Counted from the first letter of the stretch, positions 18,753-27,292 are shown. The stretch: 64,000 nt of DNA from Candidatus Heimdallarchaeum aukensis (GCA_021513695.1 CP084166.1:2304001-2368000); one strand, 5' to 3'. Numbers and translations are program-made. Notes: generated from the sequence alone by a model not told the origin.

Positions 18753-19625
18753 ATGAGTTTCGAGATTCTGGATACACGAGAGTTAAATTCCGAGAATACT
18801 TGGATGAAAATTAAAGCTCCTTTAATTGCTGAAAGATGTAAAGCAGGACAATTTGTTATTATACGTGCAAATGAAAAAGGAGAACGAATTCCTCTAACCA
18901 TTGCTAATTGGGATAAAGAAGAAGGTTCTTTTGAAGTTGTTTTTCAAAAAGTGGGTGCAAGTACATTAGAATTAGGCACTTACAAAAAAGGAGATCTATT
19001 GCTCGATGTTGTAGGTCCTTTAGGAATACCCACACATACAGAAGGAGCGGGAAATACCGTGGTTATTGGTGGAGGATTAGGAATTGCAATTGCTACTCCT
19101 GTTGCACGAGCTTATAAAGAAGCAGGAAATAAAGTACATGTTATTATAGGGGCTCGAACAAAAGAATTGCTCTTTAATATTGAAATTTTAGAATCTTTTG
19201 CAGATGGACTAACGATTTGTACAGATGACGGTAGTTTTGGTATTAAAGGCTTTGTGACCCAACCATTACAAGAAATGATCGATAAAGGAGAAAAAATTGA
19301 TACTGTATTTTGTGTTGGCCCCCCCATAATGATGAAGTTTATTTCAAAAATAACAGAAAAACATGGGATTCACACTGTTGCTTCTCTCAATACTATTATG
19401 TTAGATGGAACAGGTATGTGTGGTGCATGTAGAGTTACTGTTGGTGACGAAATTAAATTTGTTTGTGTTGACGGTCCTGACTTCGATGCACATTTAGTAG
19501 ATTGGGATGAAATGATGGCTAGAACACAAGCTTATAGAGAAGAAGAGAAAATAGCATTAGAGCACTACCATAAATGTAGAGCTGAAAAGGCTTTAGAAGA
19601 GCAAAATGCTCAAGAAAATAAGTAG
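18753..19625 (+). CDS. NfnA/SudB-like ferredoxin-NAD(P) reductase subunit (PyrK-like FAD/NAD-binding, 2Fe-2S)
   Basis: FNR-like fold (GQFVIIRANEKGERIPLTIANW; GGGLGIA) and a C-terminal Cys cluster (CGACRV...CVDGPDFD). It sits immediately upstream of a GltD-like subunit. Confidence 0.7.
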   Translation: MSFEILDTRELNSENTWMKIKAPLIAERCKAGQFVIIRANEKGERIPLTIANWDKEEGSFEVVFQKVGASTLELGTYKKGDLLLDVVGPLGIPTHTEGAGNTVVIGGGLGIAIATPVARAYKEAGNKVHVIIGARTKELLFNIEILESFADGLTICTDDGSFGIKGFVTQPLQEMIDKGEKIDTVFCVGPPIMMKFISKITEKHGIHTVASLNTIMLDGTGMCGACRVTVGDEIKFVCVDGPDFDAHLVDWDEMMARTQAYREEEKIALEHYHKCRAEKALEEQNAQENK

Positions 19626-19637
19626 AGGTAGAAAAAG

Positions 19638-21104
19638 ATGGGTTCCGAAGCAAAAAAAAGTAGGGGTAGAAAGCCATTAGTAAGAACAAGATTACCTATG
19701 GCTACACAGAGACCAGAAGATAGAGTAAAAAATTTTAATGAAGTTCCTTATGGTTATAATGAAGCAGAAGCAGTCCTTGAATCACAAAGATGCCTTCAAT
19801 GTAGAAACGCTCCTTGTGTTAAAGGATGTCCTGTTGAAGTTCCAATTCCTCAATTTATTAAATTGGTTCAAGAAGGTAAATTCGTTGAGGCTGCAGAAGT
19901 AATAAAAACAAAAAATAGTCTTCCTGCTATAACTGGAAGAGTATGCCCACAAGAACTTCAATGTGAAGCACGTTGTGTTATGGGGAGAAGATATCAACCT
20001 GTATCAATAGGTAATCTTGAACGTTTTGTTGCTGATTATGCAAGAGAACATGGTGAAGCGTTACCTGAACTCCCTGAACCAACTGGAAAAAAAGTGGCTG
20101 TAGTAGGTGCAGGCCCAGCAGGATTAACATGTGCAGGGGATCTAGCTTTACTTGGACATGAAGTAACAGTTTTTGAAGCTCTTCATGCTCCTGGTGGTGT
20201 TTTAATATATGGTATTCCAGAATTTCGTTTACCTAAAGATATTGTCAGATATGAAACTAATTACTTAAAGAAATTAGGTGTAAAGATTATACCCAATTTT
20301 ATTATTGGGAAAAATAAAACCGTTAAAGAGCTACTAAATGAATTTGATGCAGTTTTTATAGGCACTGGTGCAGGTTCTCCAAGATTGCTAAAAATTCCAG
20401 GAATAAACCTAGTTAATGTATATTCAGCTAATGAATACCTAACCAGAGTAAATCTGTTGAAAGGTTATCTGTTTCCTGAATATAAAACTCCAGTGAAAAA
20501 AGGAAAAACTGTTATTACAATTGGAGCTGGAAACGTAGCTATGGATGCGGCACGAACCGCAAAAAGACTTGGAGCAGAGAACTCAATAATAGTTTACAGA
20601 AGAAGTAAAAAAGAATGTCCAGCTAGAGTAGAAGAAGTACATCACGCAGAGGAAGAAGGTATAGATTTCAGATTTTTAACTAATCCAATTAGAATAATAG
20701 GCGATGAAAATGGACGTGTAAAGGCTTTAGAATGCCTGCGTTACAAACTTGGCGAACCAGATGAAACAGGAAGAGCTAAACCTATTCCTATTGAAGGTTC
20801 AGAGCATATAATCGAATGTGATGTTGTTATAATTGCAATTGGAAACAATCCTAACCCCATTATTCCTCAAACTACACCAGACTTAGAAACTAGTAAGTGG
20901 GGAACAATAATCACTAACTCGAAAACAGGAGAAACTAGTTTACAACGAGTTTATGCTGGAGGAGATATAGCAACAGGAGCAGCAACAGTTATTGCAGCGA
21001 TGGGAGCAGGAAAAATAGCCGCAAAAAGCATCCACAAACAATTAATGGGTCACGAAATCGATGAAGAAGAACATAACCTCGAAGTTGGCAAATGTGACTC
21101 TTAA
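19638..21104 (+). CDS. NfnB/SudA-like subunit (glutamate-synthase small-subunit-like, 2x[4Fe-4S] plus FAD/NAD(P))
   Basis: N-terminal Cys clusters (CLQCRNAPCVKGCPV; CPQELQCEARC) and a dinucleotide-binding VAVVGAGPAGL plus a second Rossmann (ITIGAGNVAMDAA). About 470 aa, as in GltD/SudA/NfnB. Confidence 0.75.
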   Translation: MGSEAKKSRGRKPLVRTRLPMATQRPEDRVKNFNEVPYGYNEAEAVLESQRCLQCRNAPCVKGCPVEVPIPQFIKLVQEGKFVEAAEVIKTKNSLPAITGRVCPQELQCEARCVMGRRYQPVSIGNLERFVADYAREHGEALPELPEPTGKKVAVVGAGPAGLTCAGDLALLGHEVTVFEALHAPGGVLIYGIPEFRLPKDIVRYETNYLKKLGVKIIPNFIIGKNKTVKELLNEFDAVFIGTGAGSPRLLKIPGINLVNVYSANEYLTRVNLLKGYLFPEYKTPVKKGKTVITIGAGNVAMDAARTAKRLGAENSIIVYRRSKKECPARVEEVHHAEEEGIDFRFLTNPIRIIGDENGRVKALECLRYKLGEPDETGRAKPIPIEGSEHIIECDVVIIAIGNNPNPIIPQTTPDLETSKWGTIITNSKTGETSLQRVYAGGDIATGAATVIAAMGAGKIAAKSIHKQLMGHEIDEEEHNLEVGKCDS

Positions 21105-21177
21105 ATTTCTAAACCTTTTTTTAATTCCCTTTCAATCTTTTTTTGGTAAAAAAGTCTTAATCCAGTATTGATCTTAT

Positions 21178-21657
21178 CTATAAGATTAAACGATAAAGAT
21201 AGGCATTTTCTCCATCTTCATAATATTTTCGAATAGTTCTGATTCGCTTAAAACCCATTTTTTCATATAGATTAATTGCATAATTATTAGTTACTCTTAC
21301 CTCGAGTTTAATCGAACTAAAACCTAGTTCTTTTACTTTAGTTACGAAGTATCTAAGCAGCATTTTTCCGTATCCTTTCTTCCTAAAATTTCTATGAATT
21401 GCTATAGAAAGTATATGTGCTTCAGACTTAAATGATGATCTTCCACCAAGAATGAAACCTATTATCTTGCTATTAGAATTACTATTATCCAATAAATTAA
21501 CATCTGTTTCTAAAACAAAGCATAGGTCAGGATTCTGAAAGAAAATTAAGGAAATATACGATTCAGGGAAAGGAAATGCAAACGTGATTCGCTCTAAATC
21601 ATAAACATCAATAATATCTTCAGCTTGCATTTCCCTTATCTGCACCATAAGTTTCAC
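21178..21657 (-). CDS. GNAT family N-acetyltransferase (RimI-like)
   Basis: Acetyl-CoA binding motif (IHRNFRKKGYGKMLL; R-x-x-G-x-G). About 160 aa. Confidence 0.7.
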   Translation of the reverse strand: MKLMVQIREMQAEDIIDVYDLERITFAFPFPESYISLIFFQNPDLCFVLETDVNLLDNSNSNSKIIGFILGGRSSFKSEAHILSIAIHRNFRKKGYGKMLLRYFVTKVKELGFSSIKLEVRVTNNYAINLYEKMGFKRIRTIRKYYEDGENAYLYRLIL

Positions 21658-21829
21658 AATTAGTAGTCATTGATTACAACCATAGTTTAGTAGAAAAAAA
21701 CTTTGTGTTCTATTAAATAGTTTAAAATAGGGAAAGTTAAATAAGACTTTGAGTAGATTCTTATGCCTTCTATCGAGGACTTGCTAGAGGTTGTTTATGA
21801 CAAACGATGAAAGCAAGAGCAAAAAGAAG

Positions 21830-21995
21830 GCTACAGCCTATCATATACGGGCTCTTTACCAAGTTGAGTGTGTCACTCAGAACAATGAGGTTGAGTCAAC
21901 CCTGATAGGCTACATTGGGTTCTCCTGAGGAGCTCTGCTAGCAGATGTGGGGTTGTCCCAAAGATGAAGCTTAGTGTTAGCCTTAGGGGAACCCT
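21830..21995. other. GC-rich structured intergenic element of unknown identity (candidate small RNA), about 60 nt upstream of tRNA-Val
   Basis: There are two adjacent domains. The first has an 8-bp helix (21836-21843 with 21903-21910) enclosing two hairpins (TGAGTG-tgt-CACTCA and GGTTG-agt-CAACC). The second has a 14-bp helix (21917-21930 GGGTTCTCCTGAGG with 21981-21994 CCTTAGGGGAACCC, two G-U pairs) enclosing the perfect palindrome CTGCTAGCAG (21935-21944). There is no ORF. GC content is far above the local background. Confidence 0.3.
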
Positions 21996-22057
21996 TTAGT
22001 TATATTGAAACAGAAAAATTAAAAATAGGTTGGAATTAAGCAATTCAGTAGAAAATA

Positions 22058-22132
22058 GGGGTAGTAGTCTAGTGGTATGACAACGCCTTCACGCGGCGTA
22101 GGTCGCAGGTTCAATTCCTGCCTACCCCACCA
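22058..22132 (+). tRNA. tRNA-Val: tRNA-Val (anticodon CAC), 3' CCA encoded
   Basis: GGGGTAG acceptor stem pairs with CTACCCC. D-arm is AGTCTAGTGGTATGAC. Anticodon stem ACGCC/GGCGT with loop TTCACGC (anticodon CAC). T-arm GCAGG-TTCAATT-CCTGC. Discriminator A, then CCA. Confidence 0.85.
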
Positions 22133-22140
22133 CTAACAAT

Positions 22141-23121
22141 TTGTTGAGAAATCAAATGTCAGAATCAAATACTGATCACGGATTTATTGACCTTTTTTCG
22201 GGAGCTGGAGGTTTTAGTTCTGGGTTTAGACTTGCTGGCTTTAAAGAATTACTCGCTATTGAAAGAGATCCCTCTGCCTTAAGAACATACAACTTGAACC
22301 TGCCTGATGCAATTTGTATAAATGATGATATACGAAATATTCATTCCTTAGAAATAGAACAAAAATGTTCTCAAAAACCAACAGTTATATTAGCTTCTCC
22401 TCCTTGTGAACCATTCACTGCTGCAAATACAAAACGAAAGGAAACTGCGTGGGAAAGGTTTTTTGAGGACCCTCAAGGTGATTTAATTTTTCATGCAATA
22501 AGGATAATCAAAGACTTGAATCCCGATTTTTTTGTTATTGAAAATGTTGTGCCTATTATAGATGGTGAAGGAAAAGATATTATTCTCGAAGCTTTTGCAG
22601 ACTCCAAATTCCAAGACATCCATTTTAATGTTATTCGTGCAGAAAAACACGGTTCTCCTTCTTCTAGAAAACGTGTTTTTATTTCTAACATTAATCTTAA
22701 TTTAGAGAAAAAAAAGACTGTTACTGTTGGTCAAGCTTTATCTGGTCTTCAGGATCCTTCCTATCCAAATGATCTTCCCAATCATTTTTTATCTCCTGTT
22801 CCTGATAAGATTCAAAAAAGAATTCATCAAATCAAGCCTGGGCATGCAGCTGTTTACTTTGAAGGAGCTTTAAGTGAAAAAGTAAATTGGGTCAAGCTTG
22901 ATAAAGACAAAGTTTCCCCTACTGTGATGGGGAAATCTCGATTTATTCATTTTCATCAAGATAGAGCCTTAACTGTACGTGAACATGGACGATTGATGAC
23001 CTTTCATGATGATTTTAAATTTACTGGAACGATTGAGGAAATGTATAACCAAGTTGGAGAGGCAGTTCCTCCATTAATTTCTTATTTGATCGCAGAAGAG
23101 ATAAAAAAACAAATTAGTTGA
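22141..23121 (+). CDS. DNA (cytosine-5)-methyltransferase, compact Dcm-type with no adjacent restriction enzyme
   Basis: Motif I FIDLFSGAGGFSSGF, motif IV PPCEPFT (catalytic PC), motif VI ENV (VIENVVPI), motif VIII region HGSPSSRKRVFI, motif IX/X RALTVREHGRLMTFHDDFKF...GEAVPPLISYLIAEEI. The likely start is MSESNTDHG at about 22156. Confidence 0.75.
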   Translation: MLRNQMSESNTDHGFIDLFSGAGGFSSGFRLAGFKELLAIERDPSALRTYNLNLPDAICINDDIRNIHSLEIEQKCSQKPTVILASPPCEPFTAANTKRKETAWERFFEDPQGDLIFHAIRIIKDLNPDFFVIENVVPIIDGEGKDIILEAFADSKFQDIHFNVIRAEKHGSPSSRKRVFISNINLNLEKKKTVTVGQALSGLQDPSYPNDLPNHFLSPVPDKIQKRIHQIKPGHAAVYFEGALSEKVNWVKLDKDKVSPTVMGKSRFIHFHQDRALTVREHGRLMTFHDDFKFTGTIEEMYNQVGEAVPPLISYLIAEEIKKQIS

Positions 23122-23174
23122 AAGTATCAATTTTTCCAAAACATTTAATTTTTCTATAGTAAATTTCTTTTAGA

Positions 23175-24227
23175 ATGTCTTCGAGTAAATCATCTAGTAA
23201 AGCGAAAAGGATAAATTTTTCCACTCTTTTTAAAGGAATAATTAAAGCTGGTTATTGTGCTTCTTGTGGAGCTTGTGTAAGTGTCTGTCCTGTTAATAGT
23301 ATTGAAATGCAAAATGATCTTCCAAAACTTGTTTCTACATGCATTTCTTGTGGAGCTTGTGTAGATGCTTGTTATCGTTTCCAAAAACGAGAGAAACAAG
23401 AACAAGCAGCAATGGATCCGAATGAAATTTTAGAAATATATACTGCTAAAGCTAAAGATGAACGTATTTATACTCAAGCACAGAATGGGGGTGTTGTTAC
23501 AACTCTTCTAGTTCATGCATTTGAGGAAGGGCTAATTGATGGGGCTTTAGTTACGGATAAGTACTCTAATCTTTTTGAACCTAAACCTATCCTAGTAAAT
23601 ACCTCAGAAGGTGTTATTCATGGGGCTGGATCAAAATATGTTATTAGTAATAGCTTAACAAAATTAGATGCTGTTCGTACTAGTCATAAAAAGAAAGCAG
23701 CAATTGTTGGTGTTCCTTGTCATATTGAATCTCTTACACGAATCATGGAATTTGGATATCTGGGACTTGATCATAGGGTTGCTTTGAAAATAGGTCTATT
23801 CTGTATGCACTCTTATGATAAAAATCTGCTCAAACAATTTGTTGCTGATAAATTTAACATTACTCCTGAACAAATAATAAAGATGGATATTGATAAAGGT
23901 AAGTTCATTTTTGTTACTGAAACAGAGAAATACAAAGTAAAGTTATCAGATATAGATTCCGCTTTCTACAATGGATGCCACTTTTGTTCAGATTTTACTG
24001 CAGACTATTCAGATATTGCTGTAGGTAATATTGGTGTAGACACAAAGAGCAATGTTGTTTTAGTTCGCACTCAGAAAGGCAAAGAATTGTTTGAATCTGC
24101 AATCGAAAAGGGACTTCTTGAAGTAACAAAAATTGATTCTTCAGAATGGGAGACAAAATTTGGGCTTGTCTTCAAACTTGAAAAAAGAAAGAAAAAAGAG
24201 GCTAAAGCCCTTCCCGCTCTAGACTAA
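23175..24227 (+). CDS. FrhB/FpoF-family protein (coenzyme F420 hydrogenase/dehydrogenase beta-subunit-like) with an N-terminal 2x[4Fe-4S] ferredoxin domain
   Basis: Two ferredoxin CxxCxxC...CP motifs (CASCGACVSVCPV; CISCGACVDAC) are followed by FrhB N- and C-domain-like regions (GGVVTTLL; GVPCHIES; CMHSYD). It is immediately upstream of cofE. Confidence 0.6.
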   Translation: MSSSKSSSKAKRINFSTLFKGIIKAGYCASCGACVSVCPVNSIEMQNDLPKLVSTCISCGACVDACYRFQKREKQEQAAMDPNEILEIYTAKAKDERIYTQAQNGGVVTTLLVHAFEEGLIDGALVTDKYSNLFEPKPILVNTSEGVIHGAGSKYVISNSLTKLDAVRTSHKKKAAIVGVPCHIESLTRIMEFGYLGLDHRVALKIGLFCMHSYDKNLLKQFVADKFNITPEQIIKMDIDKGKFIFVTETEKYKVKLSDIDSAFYNGCHFCSDFTADYSDIAVGNIGVDTKSNVVLVRTQKGKELFESAIEKGLLEVTKIDSSEWETKFGLVFKLEKRKKKEAKALPALD

Positions 24228-24235
24228 CCATTGAT

Positions 24236-25000
24236 TTGGTGATCTCTTCATTGAAAAAAATTGAACTTTTTTCCATTCCTTTTCCTATTGTTAAAAAAGG
24301 AGATAATATCGCTGAACTGATTCTAAAAGAATTAAGTGAAAACAATATAGAAATTCAAGATGGAGACATTTTTGTTATTGCTCACACTATTATTTCTCGC
24401 GCAGATGGAAATGAATACTATCTACCAACAATTTCTCCTTCTTTTCTTGCTGAAATAATTTCTCGTAAAACAGGAAAAGACCCTTCTTTAGTTCAATTAA
24501 TTCTAAATGAGTCGTCTTCTCTAGAGAAAGTTCAGAATAACATTATTATTAGTAAACATCGTCTAGGGTGGATATCTGCTAATGCCGCAGTTGATCAGTC
24601 CAACTCTCTTCCTAACCATGCTGTTACGTTACCTACTGATCCTGAAAAAACTGCTAAAAAAATTGGCTCTTATTTACAATCCAAATTAAAGAAAAAGATT
24701 TCAATATTGATTTCAGATACTCATGGTCGTGCTCTTAGGAGAGGAGCAATTAACATAGCAATTGGTTCTTATAATTTTTCAGTAATTGATGATGCAAGAG
24801 GTCGCAAAGATATTTTTGGCAATGAACTAAAATCCACTCTTGTGGCATTAGCTGATGAAGTTTGTTCTGCTGCAGAGTTATTAATGGGACAAGCTGACGA
24901 AATGTCTCCGATTGTTATTATAAGAGGATTTACTCAACGTTCACCTGTTTCTTCAATTTATGAATTGCAATATGAAGATGATAAACGACTTTTTAAATGA
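24236..25000 (+). CDS. cofE: coenzyme F420-0:L-glutamate ligase CofE
   Basis: About 250 aa. The motif GWISANAAVDQSN matches the CofE metal/GTP-binding GxxxxNAGIDxSN signature. There is also an N-terminal GD segment (VKKGDNIAELI). Confidence 0.75.
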   Translation: MVISSLKKIELFSIPFPIVKKGDNIAELILKELSENNIEIQDGDIFVIAHTIISRADGNEYYLPTISPSFLAEIISRKTGKDPSLVQLILNESSSLEKVQNNIIISKHRLGWISANAAVDQSNSLPNHAVTLPTDPEKTAKKIGSYLQSKLKKKISILISDTHGRALRRGAINIAIGSYNFSVIDDARGRKDIFGNELKSTLVALADEVCSAAELLMGQADEMSPIVIIRGFTQRSPVSSIYELQYEDDKRLFK

Positions 25001-25063
25001 AAAAAGAGTAAGTTTAAATAATAACCAAATTAATTCAATCAACAAAAGCAATTCGCTTGTAAG

Positions 25064-25795
25064 GTGTATTATGTGTTTAAACGTTCAAAACGCTCAAAGC
25101 TTGAAGAAGCTAATATACTCTTAGGAGAAGCAAAGGTTCTAGGTCAGCAAAGGAAATATCAAGAAGCCACTGAAACAATTGAAAAAGCAATAGCACTTTT
25201 TACACAGGAAAATGATAGACAAAAACTTGATCTGTCTAAAGCTCTATTTTATGAATTCAAAGCTGAACAATCTATAAAGTCTAACAGAGCTTTAGAAGCT
25301 TCTAACTATCTCGGGAGAGCCGGAGGATTTTACATGCGTTTGCATATGGTTAACGATTTAAACCGGGTTTACAAGAAACAAGCGGACATTTTACTTATTC
25401 TAGCTAGACAAACTATGAAAGAAAAACATTTTATTGAAGCAGCGTCTTATTTTGAGCAAGCCGCTATGGCTTATCAAAAATTAAAAAATAAAGAAATGGA
25501 ACTTGATTGTAAAGCTAAATCTTATGTTTCTCGTGCAGCTGCAGAAAAAACTATATCTGGAAGGAAGGTTTATCTTAGAAAAGCAGTGGAAATAATGCAA
25601 GAAACAGGAACTGATAATCCAATAATAAAGGGCCATCTAGCTTATTATAATGGTTTATTTATTAAGGAAGAAAAGAAAGAGGAAGCTCTTCGCTATTTTA
25701 GTGAAGCTTTACAGAACTATCAAAAAGCTGGAATGTCAAAAAGGGTAGAAGAAATAAAAAAGATGATTAATGACCTAGTTTCAAGCCAGATCTAG
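25064..25795 (+). CDS. hypothetical alpha-helical (TPR-like repeat) protein
   Basis: Repeated approximately 34-aa helical units with A/Y/L spacing (EATETIEKAIALF; EAASYFEQAAMAYQKL; EEALRYFSEALQNYQKA). Confidence 0.3.
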   Translation: MYYVFKRSKRSKLEEANILLGEAKVLGQQRKYQEATETIEKAIALFTQENDRQKLDLSKALFYEFKAEQSIKSNRALEASNYLGRAGGFYMRLHMVNDLNRVYKKQADILLILARQTMKEKHFIEAASYFEQAAMAYQKLKNKEMELDCKAKSYVSRAAAEKTISGRKVYLRKAVEIMQETGTDNPIIKGHLAYYNGLFIKEEKKEEALRYFSEALQNYQKAGMSKRVEEIKKMINDLVSSQI

Positions 25796-25847
25796 TTTCA
25801 AAATAGTAGAATTGTTCTGACTTACTTTATTAGAGATGAATAAAATA

Positions 25848-26441
25848 CTATCTAATGTATATCTCTCTAAATTTCAAAACCTTTTCTTCACTTTGGATAG
25901 CTAATCTTGCAGCATGAGAAAAAAGTTTTTCAACATTTTCAGATGATAATGCAGATGTTTCTATATAATCAAAATTATTTTCTTTTGCATATTCTTCTGC
26001 TTTTTCTCTGTCTACAGCTCTTGCATTTTTTAGATCACTCTTATTTCCACATAAAATAATTGGAATTTCTGAACATTTTTTCTTTATTTCACTAACCCAA
26101 AAGGATACATCATCAAATGTTGACGTTTTAGTAATATCATAGACTACGATAGCAACTTTAGCTCCTAGAAAATATTTTTGTCTAACAAATCCAAAAATTT
26201 CTTGAGCTCCTGTATCCCATAAACTAATTCTAACATTAACATCATCGGTGAGTATATTTTTAGACAAATTTTCATTTAATTCGTCCTTTGTTAAGGAAAG
26301 ACTTTTCGTTAACCAACTCACACCCATTGTTGGGATATAAGAATATGAGAAAGTGTTCATAGCATATCTTCTTGCCAATGATGTTTTTCCTACAAAAGCT
26401 GAACCAATTGTTATAATTTTATACAAATGTCGTTCTATCAT
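25848..26441 (-). CDS. Ras/Rab-like small GTPase
   Basis: All five G-motifs are present: G1 GSAFVGKTS, switch-I Thr (YIPTMG), G3 WDTGAQE, G4 GNKSD, G5 ETSAL. The size is about 195 aa from the internal Met (MIERHLYKIITIG). The ORF track adds 21 extra N-terminal residues (start 26504) that would overlap the upstream gene. Confidence 0.75.
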   Translation of the reverse strand: MIERHLYKIITIGSAFVGKTSLARRYAMNTFSYSYIPTMGVSWLTKSLSLTKDELNENLSKNILTDDVNVRISLWDTGAQEIFGFVRQKYFLGAKVAIVVYDITKTSTFDDVSFWVSEIKKKCSEIPIILCGNKSDLKNARAVDREKAEEYAKENNFDYIETSALSSENVEKLFSHAARLAIQSEEKVLKFREIYIR

Positions 26442-26443
26442 TT

Positions 26444-27292
26444 TTATCTCCAAAATATTTCTATTAGTTTTCTTTCTATGTTGATACTGCTTAAACGCCT
26501 CCAATCATCGAGAATCAAAGGCTTTGTATTCGTATTGATTAATTCTCTAAACTGTTCTGGTTCAAAATACTTACTAGTGATATCAACAAATTCTGAAATG
26601 AAATTAAGGAATGTCTCCTTTATTTGGCTATAATCTTCAATTTCTGTTATTTCTGTTGAGTTTACTTCATCTCTTATAAAGAACCCTTCTTTGTCAAAGA
26701 AAAATAACTCGTCAATTTTTTTGTAATCATTTATTAATTTATTAACATCATTTCTTAGTAACTGATTAATTTTTTTCCTTTTCGATTGATCTTCCACAAC
26801 TTTTTGTATTCCTGAACATACTGAATTTATTATATTCTCAAATATTTCTAATAAATTTCTGAACTCAATATCTTTGATGTGATTAGATATAATAGCGTTC
26901 ACTTTGAAAACTTCGGAAATCACCATAGATGGCGATAAGGGTTTTTTTACTTGTTTAATTTCATCAAGGAAATTTTTAGCAGTTTCTTTATCATAGATGT
27001 CAAAAGAGTATAGAAAGAGATTCATTAAAAAGAATAATTGAGAATACGCCATTCCTTCTTTTTGCTCTTGGGAGATTAGTACAAATATGAAATCATACTT
27101 CTTTTCAACTAAAACAATTGTTTTCTTAAAAATTATTTCTCTTAATGGTCCTAATTCTCTTTGTTCTCCCATCTTTATGAATTTTAATAGTTCCGCAAAT
27201 TGGTCAGGTTTAAGAATTAAATTTTCACTATTAGGCGTGTCTGTAAAGATAGTATCGTAGTTATTTTTGTTGAGTATGTAAAAATTAACCAA
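26444..27292 (-). CDS. hypothetical protein with an N-terminal roadblock/longin-like domain (candidate GTPase partner)
   Basis: The N-terminal approximately 110 aa show a beta-beta-alpha-beta-beta pattern with hydrophobic strands (FYILNKNNYDTIF; TIVLVEKKYDFIFVLIS; MAYSQLFFLMNLF), reminiscent of roadblock/longin folds. The stop lies 2 nt before the GTPase start. This is a fold-level guess only. Confidence 0.3.
   Translation of the reverse strand: MVNFYILNKNNYDTIFTDTPNSENLILKPDQFAELLKFIKMGEQRELGPLREIIFKKTIVLVEKKYDFIFVLISQEQKEGMAYSQLFFLMNLFLYSFDIYDKETAKNFLDEIKQVKKPLSPSMVISEVFKVNAIISNHIKDIEFRNLLEIFENIINSVCSGIQKVVEDQSKRKKINQLLRNDVNKLINDYKKIDELFFFDKEGFFIRDEVNSTEITEIEDYSQIKETFLNFISEFVDITSKYFEPEQFRELINTNTKPLILDDWRRLSSINIERKLIEIFWR

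Noticed and set aside
18692-18901. 69-aa minus-strand ORF overlapping the start of the NfnA-like gene
   Set aside because: It is short, overlaps a well-supported gene, and has a low-complexity product.
21720-22000. RNase P RNA or 5S rRNA identity for the GC-rich element upstream of tRNA-Val
   Set aside because: RNase P CR-I (GGAAAGUCC) and CR-V (ACAGAA..GGCUUA) are absent. The closed domains are about 75 nt each, too short for 5S, and they lack the loop-C CCGAAC motif. Neither folds into a tRNA cloverleaf (no TTCRANY T-loop). It is kept only as an unidentified structured element.
25848-26504. Listed 218-aa extent of the small GTPase ORF
   Set aside because: The first 21 codons would overlap the upstream gene's 3' end. 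The internal Met gives a canonical distance to the P-loop. The start was reassigned to 26441.
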